This document shows positions 1 through 10,041 of a stretch of 64,000 nt of DNA, one piece after another; within the stretch, counting starts at the first letter, position 1, and each line of letters starts with the position of its first letter. A program made the translations under genes and the position numbers. The DNA is from a virus: the IMG/VR virus record IMGVR_UViG_3300009678_000001, one strand, 5' to 3'. The notes beneath the pieces were generated by a model. The model saw nothing but the letters and a program-made list of their open reading frames with translations, did not search any database and was not told the origin of the DNA.

Positions 1-31
1 AATATGACTACCGTTCAAGATAGACAAACTG

Positions 32-38
32 CCTCCTT
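32..38 (-). promoter_or_regulatory. Shine-Dalgarno-like AAGGAGG for a gene that continues beyond the window start
   Basis: Minus strand reads AAAGGAGGCAGTTTG about 28 nt downstream of the fibre gene stop. It is the only strong SD seen in the structural block. The start codon is uncertain (TTG at 27-25?). Confidence 0.3.
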
Positions 39-65
39 TGATTTTTTTACGTTGAAGTAACATTA

Positions 66-2855
66 TTAAGCAGGATAATCAACTGGATACATCGGCGTGC
101 AGGTCCATTTAGGAACCTGATGGTCAATAATCATACCCGGAGCCTGAGTTAAACCGTCGCCGGTTGAACCAGTGGTAACATAACCGGTGCAAAGATAAAG
201 GTAATAAGTGTTGGTATCAAAAGTAGCACCACCACCGTTATAAGTTGCAGGCGAGCCAGCTTTATCAGGAATTCCAGTGCCAACGCACATCATTCCGGGG
301 AATCCCGGCCTATAACCGTTATACCAAGAAGGAGTGAAAAGGTTGGGTTGGAACACTAAAGCTCCCTCTCTGAGCCACAAACCGCCAGAAAAGAACATGT
401 TAATTGAATTGTCATTTCTTGGCTCTCTAACTCCGGTGCCAAGTCTGGCATCAGTAATTATAGTAGTGCCTGTTCTAGTGGTACTGATATTACGCCCAAA
501 CAGAAAAGCGTTTCCAGCTTGAGAACTGCCTGTGATACCACTTCCATGAATTAACATTCCATCGACATTTAAAAGGAAGCATCCAGAACCATTAAGGATA
601 GTGTTTTGTTTTCCTCCACTGATGACATTATTTGCGCCCCCTAGGATATGATTGTGCATACCCCTTAAAATGGTATTGTTTCTTCCTACAAGCACAGAAT
701 GAAGAGTCCCGCTGGCTAAAGCAAAGTGGCCGTTTGGAATTGTGGTATAGCTTGAAGCACCATGAACTTTATTAAGTTGTCCACCTAAAACAGTAGAAGC
801 ATAGCTGCCTCCACTGACATGATTTCCAATACCCACTAAAACAGCAGAAGAGTCACTGTTTTCAACAATGTTTTGGTTGCCTGCGCCGATAAAATTAAAT
901 CCAAGAGACGGATTGCCGGTAATTATGTTTAAATAACCCCCAACAATTGCGCTTGAAGAATTTGCGCTACTTACTTTATTCTCCTGACCGGCTACAATAG
1001 TTGACCAGTCAGCGTGAGCTTCATTAGCTTCCCCGCCTAAAATAGCAGCTTGGTCACCGTTAATATAGTTTCTTAAACCCGCCGCAATAGTAGAGAATTT
1101 GGCGTCTGTTGAAATAAAATTGCGCCCACCACCCCCAATGAATGCCCAAGCACTTCTAACAATACCGCTTTCTCCCGCCGCAATACCAGCAGACCTAACA
1201 GTATCGATTCGATTATTATCTCCACCACCAACAAAACTTCGACTACCACTAATTCTATGGTCTCTACCCCCAACAATCGAACTATCCGTAGAGGCAGTTA
1301 AGGTAATATAGTTACTAGTGCCTCCCCCAATAAACCCCCTATCTCCTGAAAGCCTATGCGAACTACCACCACCAATAAATGAGTTATCAGCAACAACCAA
1401 ATTCGCAGTCCCCGCGCCAACTATTGCATTAAGGCCAATGGCTTTATTAAGTTGTCCACCAATTACAGTAGAAAAACGTCCAGTTGCAAAGTTTGCAAAA
1501 CCATTAACAACTGTGGAATAATCTCCACTAGACATATTAGTGTCACCATTAACCACCAAACTAAAGTCACCAAAAGTTTGATTATTTTCACCCCCAACAA
1601 TTACTGCATGTTCGTTAGTTCCTGTTCCAGCCGCGTTGTTTAATCCTCCTATAATAACACCATAAGTAGAAGTGGAGACATTGTTTTTGCCGCCTCCTAT
1701 AAAGGACTCAGTAAGCATTACCCTGTTTAAAGTGCCCCCGACAATCGCGCTACCCGAAGTAGTGTCTGCAATTCTGTTTCGGACGCCTCCACCAATAAAA
1801 GCAAAATCGCCAGTAACACTATTACTATGTCCCCCAACAACAGTGTCGTTTTCTCCTAGAACAGTATTAAGTTTGCCCGCGCCAATAAAATTAAAATCGC
1901 TGCTAGCAGGGTCAATAAAGTTATTGCTTCCAGCTACAATCGCCGAGCCTTCAGAATCCAAAATGACATTAGCATAACCACCACCAATAAAGCCAGCTAA
2001 AGCAGTTGAAAGAGTGTTTCCAGAACCACCAGCAATAACAGCAAGCCTTGAACTTTCAATAATTCCTGTGGCTCCTGCAACTACAGCACTAAAATTAGAA
2101 GAACTATCTATTTCATTACCAACTCCACCACCAACGAACCCAAAATCTCCTTCATTTGAATTATCTTGTCCGCCCACAATAGCTGCACTAGGAGCACCTT
2201 TAACCAAGTTTCTAACTCCACCACCAACAAAACCGTAGTGCGAACCAGTCACAGTATTGACCTGCCCGCCGCATATTGTAGCATAATCCGATACAGCAAC
2301 GTTACAATTTATTCCAACTAAAATTCCAGCATAAACACAGGCTCCTACAATTTTATTGTTGCTTCCAGCCCCAATTATACCAACTGAAGCTTCGTCAATC
2401 CCATTAAAAGTTCCATTAACAACAGCAGAATTGGCTCCAGAAACCACATTGCTTTGTCCACCACCAACAATTGAACGAATAGCGCCAATAGCAACAGAAT
2501 TACTTGCTCCTCCTAAAATAGAAGCATAAGTAGCTGAAGGATTGACTAAATTAGTAGTTGCTTGACCACCAATAATGTTTTTAAAATAACCGCTACCGTT
2601 CGGAAGCATAAAAGAGTTGTTAGCGCCAGTAACAATCACATTCCCAGAAAAGATGTTATTAGCAGAATAGGGTTCTCTTAACAATCCGTAATCAACAATA
2701 GCGCCGCCTCCACCATAACCAAACAAAGTAGAAAGAGTAGTGTTAAAGTTTAAAACGGTCATTTTGTAAGGAAGTCCGTTAGAAACGATATATATTAAAT
2801 CGCTTGCCGTTGCGCTTGTCAAACCTGTTAGTTGTGATACCTTATAGTCAGCCAT
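66..2855 (-). CDS. tail fibre / adhesin-like virion protein with Gly-rich short repeats
   Basis: 929-aa ORF, last in the terminase-portal-structural run. Dozens of IVGGxxNxxxG / NSVAIG-type units (YadA-head-like beta-roll pattern) and a non-repetitive C-terminal ~150 aa. Confidence 0.7.
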   Translation of the reverse strand: MADYKVSQLTGLTSATASDLIYIVSNGLPYKMTVLNFNTTLSTLFGYGGGGAIVDYGLLREPYSANNIFSGNVIVTGANNSFMLPNGSGYFKNIIGGQATTNLVNPSATYASILGGASNSVAIGAIRSIVGGGQSNVVSGANSAVVNGTFNGIDEASVGIIGAGSNNKIVGACVYAGILVGINCNVAVSDYATICGGQVNTVTGSHYGFVGGGVRNLVKGAPSAAIVGGQDNSNEGDFGFVGGGVGNEIDSSSNFSAVVAGATGIIESSRLAVIAGGSGNTLSTALAGFIGGGYANVILDSEGSAIVAGSNNFIDPASSDFNFIGAGKLNTVLGENDTVVGGHSNSVTGDFAFIGGGVRNRIADTTSGSAIVGGTLNRVMLTESFIGGGKNNVSTSTYGVIIGGLNNAAGTGTNEHAVIVGGENNQTFGDFSLVVNGDTNMSSGDYSTVVNGFANFATGRFSTVIGGQLNKAIGLNAIVGAGTANLVVADNSFIGGGSSHRLSGDRGFIGGGTSNYITLTASTDSSIVGGRDHRISGSRSFVGGGDNNRIDTVRSAGIAAGESGIVRSAWAFIGGGGRNFISTDAKFSTIAAGLRNYINGDQAAILGGEANEAHADWSTIVAGQENKVSSANSSSAIVGGYLNIITGNPSLGFNFIGAGNQNIVENSDSSAVLVGIGNHVSGGSYASTVLGGQLNKVHGASSYTTIPNGHFALASGTLHSVLVGRNNTILRGMHNHILGGANNVISGGKQNTILNGSGCFLLNVDGMLIHGSGITGSSQAGNAFLFGRNISTTRTGTTIITDARLGTGVREPRNDNSINMFFSGGLWLREGALVFQPNLFTPSWYNGYRPGFPGMMCVGTGIPDKAGSPATYNGGGATFDTNTYYLYLCTGYVTTGSTGDGLTQAPGMIIDHQVPKWTCTPMYPVDYPA

Positions 2856-2868
2856 AAACCTTATTATT

Positions 2869-2876
2869 AATTACAC
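2869..2876 (-). promoter_or_regulatory. class II motif GTGTAATT (candidate late promoter -10 element)
   Basis: AAAAAAGTGTAATT lies 13 nt upstream of the fibre gene ATG at 2855. The same 7-8-mer occurs upstream of several other genes in the left 20 kb. Confidence 0.35.
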
Positions 2877-2885
2877 TTTTTTAAG

Positions 2886-4214
2886 TTATGTCTCAGTTAA
2901 AATATATCCACCATTCTCAAGAAGAAGATAGCCTTGTTCGTTTCCAGTTAAATTGTCATACTGTAAATAACCAGTACTAGTTATTACAGGTTGGTCTATT
3001 ACTCCGCTTATAAACAGTCCCTTTGAAAGGTCTTTGGGGTCAATTTCAGCCTCAAAAGAGAACCTTGTTGATGCTTGCCCATTTAGATTAAGCTGAAAAG
3101 TCGAATTTGAATATTTAGCGTTTCTAAAGAAATAATAGATTTGAGGAACATTACTCCGATTTTTAACCGTAATATCCACGTTATAATTCTTATCCTGAAT
3201 AAATAATCTCTCTAAAGTGCCGGTAAGCAGGTTTTTAGCAACAATATCAAAGCTTAAATTAACCAAAACAGGGAATTGAATTACTCTATCAAGGGGAGAT
3301 TTATAACCTAATTTAGTCAACGGTGTTCTATCAAGGCCCATTGAAATATCATATCCTTGAATTATTAAATCATTAAAATGAACGCCAAAATTAGATTCGC
3401 CACTGACTGAAACAGTGATATTCCCCGGCAAAAGAACTGTTTCCAAAGCAAGACTTTCGGTTGGTCTAGGAATACAACATTTTATGCCGGAATAGTTTCT
3501 ATAAGTCCTAATATCAATGGCAGGAATTGAAATCCCGCTGCCGCTGGTATAGAACATCATATTTTCCCCTATATAACTTACAGAAGTTTGAGGAAATTCC
3601 CCAACAGCCGCTGAAGTCCGATAAGAAGTCATGTAACAATTACCAAAGCCAAACGCATCAACATCTAGGTAACCCGCTTTTCCTGTAGTTTGATTGCTTA
3701 AATCTTCTCTATCTTTTTTAATAGCTACAAAGAAGTTGCGACAATCCCTATAGTTAAAAGGCCAATAAAGACCTTCTGCGTCCGTTTTCCACATCTCGTT
3801 TGGATGCCTAACAGTAAGACCAGAAAGCAAAGGAACCGAAAAATTAGCCCCAAAAGCGTTATCTCCTCTTGTGTTACTATAGTAGTTAATATATAAACCC
3901 AAACGAAGTTCGTTTAAAACACCAAAATTATGATAATTGAAGTTAAAATTGACTGTGGGGGCTGTAGTAATACTATCTGAAGCAACTCCAATTTTGCCAA
4001 TGTTTAAAATTCTAGTTCTATCAGTGTTAATTTGATAGTCAAAAGACGTGACGCGATGAACCGGAAAAACAATGTTGGTAGCGCCCGAAACCCCTAGTTG
4101 AGAGATATCGCTTTCCAGATATCCCAAAGAATTTAAAATATGATATCCAGTAGCGGGAGCCGGTCCTACAAATAAACCAGCTAAATTATATGTTATCCGG
4201 TTCCGATTCATCAA
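2886..4214 (-). CDS. major virion structural protein candidate (capsid or tube); family not recognised
   Basis: 442-aa ORF whose start overlaps the end of the portal candidate. The call rests on its position between portal and fibre genes. No catalytic motifs seen. Confidence 0.45.
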   Translation of the reverse strand: MMNRNRITYNLAGLFVGPAPATGYHILNSLGYLESDISQLGVSGATNIVFPVHRVTSFDYQINTDRTRILNIGKIGVASDSITTAPTVNFNFNYHNFGVLNELRLGLYINYYSNTRGDNAFGANFSVPLLSGLTVRHPNEMWKTDAEGLYWPFNYRDCRNFFVAIKKDREDLSNQTTGKAGYLDVDAFGFGNCYMTSYRTSAAVGEFPQTSVSYIGENMMFYTSGSGISIPAIDIRTYRNYSGIKCCIPRPTESLALETVLLPGNITVSVSGESNFGVHFNDLIIQGYDISMGLDRTPLTKLGYKSPLDRVIQFPVLVNLSFDIVAKNLLTGTLERLFIQDKNYNVDITVKNRSNVPQIYYFFRNAKYSNSTFQLNLNGQASTRFSFEAEIDPKDLSKGLFISGVIDQPVITSTGYLQYDNLTGNEQGYLLLENGGYILTET

Positions 4215-6126
4215 CTTTGCTGGCTAACAAAATAGCAGCTTGATAATCATCAATTTGATGTTCACAAGCTAAGTCTAGAATTTCCTGAACGCGCTCTGGA
4301 TTGGTATCAACAGGCTTTTCTAAATATTTTGGTATTGAGTCTAACCAATTTTCGGGTTCTTCGTTGGCAACAATAACCTTTGTTACCTCTTTAATTAATT
4401 CTTCTTGTTGGGAAGTGATTTTTTGGCCTTTTAATTTCTTTTCAACAGCCTCCTTAATTTCTTGATTAACCTGATTAGCTAGACTAAAATTTTCAATAGT
4501 TTTAGACATACTGAAGTTCGCGCCAATTGGCTTTACTTTCTTGGTGCTTTGTTTGCGTTTTGTCCCCTTTGGTCTTCCTCCCGGTCGAGATACGGGAGCG
4601 GGTTTCATAATTTCCTTTTGTTTAGCTAGCTCAAGCTGGTCTGCTGGCCCACCAACAATTGGTTGATAATAACCCTTATCTTTAAGAGGTTTAAAGGCGG
4701 CTTGATTTTCTTCCGAAGACTCTCTGTCAGGCAAAATACCAGTCTCAAAAGCTTCAAAGGCTTCTTCGGGTGTTAAAAGTCCAAGTTCATAAAGTCTAGT
4801 ATAAATTTTACTATATTCCAAAGAGTCCTTAAGATTGATATCAGCAAAATTGGGTGTAGGATAGTTTTTAAACCCTAGCATTTTGGAAATACGTTTAATT
4901 TCGGGAACTAGAAATTCACTTAAAAAAGCTTCGCGCCCCTGTTTCAATCTTTCAATCAAAACCTGAACCTTCATGCTGGTATTAGCAAACTTTTCGCCAT
5001 CCCCAAGTAAAACATTGTTTAACCCAGTTCGAATATCTCTATCAATTGATTCGTACTTCTTGGGGTCCAAGAAACTGGCAACATCAGGAAAAATATATTG
5101 AGCGTTGGTGGTATAATCTGCAATGAGCACACGACCCACCGATTCATTTTGAAACAAAGCTTGCATTTGGCGCATAGCTTCCATGTTAGTTCCCCCTTTG
5201 TCTGGTTCCGCACCCATAGTGATAAGAAGAATAGCTTGTTGAATTGTTCTAGTTGCTGCCATGTCCATTTTGCGCATCTCGGCTTTCCAGTTAATATCAG
5301 CTAAAACCGGAAAACCCATTGGAACAGCCATTGGTTCATAATCTTGTTTCTTATAAAAAACGGCCACTATTTGTTCAGGGGAAAGCTCAATAACAATTCG
5401 TCCCGCGCCCGTTTCAAGTTCTTTTTTTGTTTTGGCAGGAAGACTGTCATAAAAGGCAATCTCCTCTTCTGTTTGGGGCTTCTTCAGTCTTTGAATTTCA
5501 TATGGCGTAAGAACCTTTAAAAATTTTGAAGCAAAAAACGAAATGTTCCCACCTGTTTCAATGTCCGCAGGATTTAAGATAATATATCTAGCAGGAAGCT
5601 TTGAATCTTCTTCAATCGCGCCAAAAACCTGAGTCATCTTGGTTATATCTTCAGACAAAATTTTAGAATCAATCCTGTAGATTATCACGTTGCCAGAACG
5701 GTAATACTCTCTAAAAAATCTGTCTTGAAGCGACCACTCGCCAATCTTCTTAAGCCAAGCAGCAAAGAAATCCCGCGCCTTTTTGTTCCCACCTTTAAAT
5801 CTGAGTTCGCTACTCGAAAACTCAGTCATAAAGTCAATAGTGTTCCGAAAAATAGAAAAGTTATAATAGGTTTTTTGACAAAGGATAATGGCCTCTCTGG
5901 TATTAACGTTTCCCCCAGTGCTGGAATAGAGAAAAGGGTCTAGACCATTATTTATGTTTGTATAGTTGTCTGTTCTTTCAATGGTCCCCGCCCTGTTTCT
6001 CCTAGTTGGGCTGGAAGTTGTTGAACTTGAGTCACTTGCGTTTATTTGGATACCATAAACATACTCTCTGTCCTTAACCCCTTCAATAAATGCATCCCCT
6101 TTTTCTTTTTCTTTGGTCTTAGCCAT
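4186..6126 (-). CDS. portal protein candidate
   Basis: 646-aa ORF immediately downstream of the large terminase. Size and position are typical of portals. Basic C-terminal tract GGRPKGTKRKQSTKK. No motif-level proof. Confidence 0.55.
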   Translation of the reverse strand: MAKTKEKEKGDAFIEGVKDREYVYGIQINASDSSSTTSSPTRRNRAGTIERTDNYTNINNGLDPFLYSSTGGNVNTREAIILCQKTYYNFSIFRNTIDFMTEFSSSELRFKGGNKKARDFFAAWLKKIGEWSLQDRFFREYYRSGNVIIYRIDSKILSEDITKMTQVFGAIEEDSKLPARYIILNPADIETGGNISFFASKFLKVLTPYEIQRLKKPQTEEEIAFYDSLPAKTKKELETGAGRIVIELSPEQIVAVFYKKQDYEPMAVPMGFPVLADINWKAEMRKMDMAATRTIQQAILLITMGAEPDKGGTNMEAMRQMQALFQNESVGRVLIADYTTNAQYIFPDVASFLDPKKYESIDRDIRTGLNNVLLGDGEKFANTSMKVQVLIERLKQGREAFLSEFLVPEIKRISKMLGFKNYPTPNFADINLKDSLEYSKIYTRLYELGLLTPEEAFEAFETGILPDRESSEENQAAFKPLKDKGYYQPIVGGPADQLELAKQKEIMKPAPVSRPGGRPKGTKRKQSTKKVKPIGANFSMSKTIENFSLANQVNQEIKEAVEKKLKGQKITSQQEELIKEVTKVIVANEEPENWLDSIPKYLEKPVDTNPERVQEILDLACEHQIDDYQAAILLASKVDESEPDNI

Positions 6127-6137
6127 ATATCATAAAA

Positions 6138-6145
6138 AATTACAC
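6138..6145 (-). promoter_or_regulatory. class II motif GTGTAATT
   Basis: AAAATAGTGTAATT lies 11 nt upstream of the portal ATG at 6126 and abuts the terminase stop codon. Confidence 0.35.
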
Positions 6146-8022
6146 TATTTTATCACCATGGGCACAAACATTCCCGTTGGGCGTTCTACCGGTTGCCTCA
6201 TTATTTCAAAATAAGCTTTAACTCCCCAACAGCCTAATAGTAAAGCTGTATAACTGTCTTTTCTTGGTCTATCGGCGCTAGTAATCTTTTTTAAATGAAC
6301 AGGAACATCAAAAGATTGGGTCCCTTTGGCGGTTATTTTAACTTCTATAAGGGCGCACTCATTTTTAGTTTGTTTAATTAAGTCATCCTGTCTTTCAATT
6401 AACTCAAGAATTTGATTCTGCTCAAAATTTTGACCCTCATCGTTTTTAAGATAGGTTATATCTATTTTTTGAGAACAATAATGATTTAACGCAGCTTCGT
6501 TTGGTTGCACTTGGGAACCAAAAAACACTTTTTTATGGTCTATACAAGTTTGTAAATGAACGTTGGCGTTTCGAATAAAATCACTACTAAAAATCTGTGC
6601 AAAAGCTATTTTCCCGCCTCCGTTTTTCTTTTTGTTATATTTCAACCTTGCTTCTCGAAGCATTTCTTCATATTCGCGCCCCTCCAATTCACTTTTAAAA
6701 TCAAAAAAAGTAACCTCCAACCCATGAGAATGAAACGTTTCGCTTTCTGTAGCGCTATCCAAAAACTGAAATCCAGCATTATCAATAATTATCAACACTA
6801 TGTTAAAATGACTTAAAACATAAAAAAGATATTTAATGTGGTCTTTAAGGTCTCCACCGGCCACTGCATAAGCATGAACCAAGGTAGAAGTCTCTGTTTC
6901 CTCATCCAGTTCCATAATTGCCATAGCAAAATTGTCGCTTGAGGGGCTATTGGAAAAACTTGGGTCAATTGCTAAAACATACTTTTTATCAGGGTCACCC
7001 GTTATTTTGGTTGTAGGGTAATCGCCATCAGAAATAGTGCTGGCTAGCATTTTTCTAGCTGAATAATAACCCTCAGAATCATCAATAAACTTCGCGCCCC
7101 ATTCACGTAAAAAGGCAGAATTGGAAACCCCTCCGTTTTTGGCGGCTTCAATAATCTCCTGATTAAGCATCGCTTTGGGAATAGCTTCGTAACTAAGCTG
7201 AGAAACAAAATAAGTTAAAGCACTCTCTTTTGGAGAATAAATTTCTTCAATAAATTGGCAATATTTCTGATAAAGATATTCAAAAGTATAGCTGGCAGAA
7301 GAAAGGAAAATAACTCTAGCTTCGTTAGTAAAAACCGTTCTGTCTTCCTCTTTCATTGCCCCCGCCGCAATAGCTTCATCTTCTTCTCTCTCAGTTTTTA
7401 AACGTTCTTTAAGACCTTTGTGAACAGAAAGAAATGGAGTTAGAACTGTGTCAATAATTTCCTGAGACATTAACAAAAACTCATCAACGATAAGAACGTT
7501 GGCGCGAAAACCCCGGACCTTTTCTCCGTTAAGAGGGATAGCTTTAATTGATGAAACTTGTCCGTCTGGATAAGTGATTCTCCATTCGTATAAATCGTTC
7601 CTTTTAGCCCGATAACCAAACATTTGCCCAAGAATCTTTCCTTGAGGACTATCAACCAGTTTTTCAAGCTCACTAAAAATATGTCTAGCCGTCCTAAAGG
7701 TAGGACCGGCAATAATAATTTGAGCGCCGGGATTAAAAAGAGGATATAAAAAACAAAAGATAGCCGCCATTGTGCTTTTGGAACCACCACGAGTCCAAAC
7801 GCAAAGACTAAAGTTCCTAATCATCCAAGCTTTTAAAGTCATCTCTTGAAAAGCCTCCAAAGCAAAACCGCAAAGAAACTCAACCGTCCATCCAATATTA
7901 TAACGCATGAATTTGGCAAAGCTTACCCTAGCCACTCGGTCATCAAGTTCTCCCTGAAGTTCCATTAGTTCTTGATTAACGTTTTGAAGAGGACGTTTGT
8001 ATTTTTCTGGACTATAAATCAT
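6145..8022 (-). CDS. terL: terminase large subunit
   Basis: 625 aa. Walker A-like TRGGSKST, Walker B NVLIVDEF, then an RNaseH-like nuclease signature LAIDPSFS..DNFAMAIME. Its ATG overlaps the upstream stop (ATGA). Confidence 0.85.
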   Translation of the reverse strand: MIYSPEKYKRPLQNVNQELMELQGELDDRVARVSFAKFMRYNIGWTVEFLCGFALEAFQEMTLKAWMIRNFSLCVWTRGGSKSTMAAIFCFLYPLFNPGAQIIIAGPTFRTARHIFSELEKLVDSPQGKILGQMFGYRAKRNDLYEWRITYPDGQVSSIKAIPLNGEKVRGFRANVLIVDEFLLMSQEIIDTVLTPFLSVHKGLKERLKTEREEDEAIAAGAMKEEDRTVFTNEARVIFLSSASYTFEYLYQKYCQFIEEIYSPKESALTYFVSQLSYEAIPKAMLNQEIIEAAKNGGVSNSAFLREWGAKFIDDSEGYYSARKMLASTISDGDYPTTKITGDPDKKYVLAIDPSFSNSPSSDNFAMAIMELDEETETSTLVHAYAVAGGDLKDHIKYLFYVLSHFNIVLIIIDNAGFQFLDSATESETFHSHGLEVTFFDFKSELEGREYEEMLREARLKYNKKKNGGGKIAFAQIFSSDFIRNANVHLQTCIDHKKVFFGSQVQPNEAALNHYCSQKIDITYLKNDEGQNFEQNQILELIERQDDLIKQTKNECALIEVKITAKGTQSFDVPVHLKKITSADRPRKDSYTALLLGCWGVKAYFEIMRQPVERPTGMFVPMVIK

Positions 8023-8957
8023 GTTAAACTAAAAGTATTAGTGTCATAAAGAAATTGTAAATCATACTTAAAAAACTCACCTTCAGAGTAAAAAATCTTG
8101 GTTATAATTTGTGAGGCCGTCTCCCTATTATTGACAAAAAGAAATTGGACATTATGAAAATCACGTAAGATATGTCTGACGTTATGAAAGATAAAGTCAG
8201 GTTTAACTGACGAAAATTTACATTGTGGTAGTTTATCAAACTGAAACGCCAAACCAAATCCGCACTCAACAATAACAATTACTCTAAAACCAGCTATTCT
8301 GGCACGCTCAAACTCTTTATGAACTCGCTCAAAATCGCGGCCAAACGAATTAATAAAATCTGTCAAAGACTTCCTTTCAAAAACCAAATCAATAGGTTTA
8401 CCATTTACTAAAAACCCATAATCTCCAACGTTTAATGTTCCAATATGAGCTTCACAATCAAACTTAAGAGGCGTTTGCTCTCTGGAATCTATAACAATAT
8501 TGGAAAATAAAGGTTTTTGGGGATTAATTAAAGTAAAGGGGTCCGGCTTTTCAAACCTAACCCTTAAGCCTAAATCATAACAAAGCCTATAATAGTCTCC
8601 AAAAAGCAAATTATACCCAAAAATTGAGGGGCAATAAAGCGTTCGAAGCTCAACTTGAGAAGGAGCATATAATAGCCCCTTAACTTGAATTCTTGCTTTT
8701 AAAAAATTTAATGCATATTCTTTTAAGACATGTTGGGGCTGGCTGGCATACCACTTTTTAAAGTTCTCTCTGGAATTGAAATTTTGAGTAAAATACTGTT
8801 CGTAACTTTTATATTTAATAAGCTCGCCGGTTAGTAAATCGCGCCTATCAAAATGTTTGTGATAATAATCTTCTATTTTAAGCTTATGAGAACGAAGATG
8901 ACGATGCAGGTCTTCATTGGTTTCAAAAGCTGTTTGACATTCCTTACAATTAACCAT
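8019..8957 (-). CDS. ERCC4/Mus81-type nuclease with N-terminal C2H2 zinc finger
   Basis: CKECQTAFETNEDLHRHLRSH finger. VIDSREQ ... VGDYGF ... LVFERKSLTDF matches the ERCC4 GDxn-ERKxxxD signature. Start moved to Met25, where ATGGTTAA overlaps the upstream stop. Confidence 0.65.
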   Translation of the reverse strand: MVNCKECQTAFETNEDLHRHLRSHKLKIEDYYHKHFDRRDLLTGELIKYKSYEQYFTQNFNSRENFKKWYASQPQHVLKEYALNFLKARIQVKGLLYAPSQVELRTLYCPSIFGYNLLFGDYYRLCYDLGLRVRFEKPDPFTLINPQKPLFSNIVIDSREQTPLKFDCEAHIGTLNVGDYGFLVNGKPIDLVFERKSLTDFINSFGRDFERVHKEFERARIAGFRVIVIVECGFGLAFQFDKLPQCKFSSVKPDFIFHNVRHILRDFHNVQFLFVNNRETASQIITKIFYSEGEFFKYDLQFLYDTNTFSLT

Positions 8958-10038
8958 CCAACGCCTCCTCAACAGAAAACCCAAGAACGCGAGCTTTATA
9001 CTCGTCCATAGTTTCAATTTCTTGGACACCCTGTTTATATTTAAGCTTCCTCATTTCGGCAGCTTTAATGGTTTTCTTTCTTGATTCTTCCTGTTTCCAG
9101 TCAACAATAACATTTAAAATAGTCGCATTATCTTTAATTTGATTAGATAATCTCTTGCTACGTTCTTCCGTAAGAGCTTTAAAAAGCCTCTGTTGGCGGG
9201 CCACACATTCATTGTATTCTTTTCGGGCAACTCCAATAGCTTCAACTAATGCCATAGAGAGCTTCCCTTTTTCTTCAACTTCCCTATTTTGTTCCTCTTG
9301 AAACATTTTAATAGTTTTTTGTATATTGGATGACTGGACAACCTCAAGACAAAGAATTATATATTGGTCCACATCTTCTTTTGACAAATCGGGCTTATCA
9401 TAAGTATAGCTTATAAAAGCACTTTCAAAAAGCTCTCTGTCAACCTGACTTTCCAGAGTGTTTATTAAATGAACCAGTCTATAAGTATGCAAATAGTTTA
9501 TTAAAGAATACGCATTCTTTTTTTGTCTTGGATTTAATTCTTTAAAATTATAATTATCGCCTCTAACATATTTATTAATCCTAGCAGAAATTCGGTCAAG
9601 AGTTGTGGGGGGTCGCCAATCTTCTTGAGGAACCTCTTGCGGGTCCTGATAAGCTTCGGTGGTATTTAAGCTTCTAACATAACTTGTGACCGCTTTAGTT
9701 TCTGCGTTTCCAACACCCAAAAGATTGTTATTAAACAGAATTCTTGCTATTTCAAAAATCTTAAGAGTTTGATAATTATTTCTTATATATTCTTTTTGTT
9801 CTTCAGTTAATTCTAATTGAGATTTGGTTTCTTCTGGTGCGCCGTTTTTGGTTTTTCGGGACGCCAAAAATGATTTAATGCTTCTTGAATACTTATTATT
9901 GCCATGAGTGTCCACGTTTGGCCCCCAAGCTAACACAACCAGTTCAGCAATAGAAGGAGGGTTGGTTAGTCTAGAGTTCCACTCATTTAATATTTTTTCT
10001 TTCTGCTCGTCAGTTAATTCAAATCTTGGGTCGTCCAT
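8950..10038 (-). CDS. hypothetical protein (possible DNA-binding or small-terminase-like role, unproven)
   Basis: 362-aa ORF two genes upstream of terL, rich in charged and helical segments. No diagnostic motif. Confidence 0.6.
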   Translation of the reverse strand: MDDPRFELTDEQKEKILNEWNSRLTNPPSIAELVVLAWGPNVDTHGNNKYSRSIKSFLASRKTKNGAPEETKSQLELTEEQKEYIRNNYQTLKIFEIARILFNNNLLGVGNAETKAVTSYVRSLNTTEAYQDPQEVPQEDWRPPTTLDRISARINKYVRGDNYNFKELNPRQKKNAYSLINYLHTYRLVHLINTLESQVDRELFESAFISYTYDKPDLSKEDVDQYIILCLEVVQSSNIQKTIKMFQEEQNREVEEKGKLSMALVEAIGVARKEYNECVARQQRLFKALTEERSKRLSNQIKDNATILNVIVDWKQEESRKKTIKAAEMRKLKYKQGVQEIETMDEYKARVLGFSVEEALDG

Positions 10039-10041
10039 ATA

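Noticed and set aside
334-2238. Several 60-100 aa ORFs (Pro-rich on the plus strand, plus one minus-strand alternate frame at 1073..1276) inside the fibre gene
   Set aside because: They are antisense or alternate-frame shadows of a Gly-codon-rich repeat (GGN read backwards gives Pro). They have no independent start context and lie entirely within a 929-aa ORF with clear repeat architecture.
2886-4214. Confident call of HK97-fold major capsid protein
   Set aside because: Only position (after the portal candidate) supports it. I could not recognise capsid motifs by eye, and no scaffold or protease gene is evident, so it is left as a structural-protein candidate.
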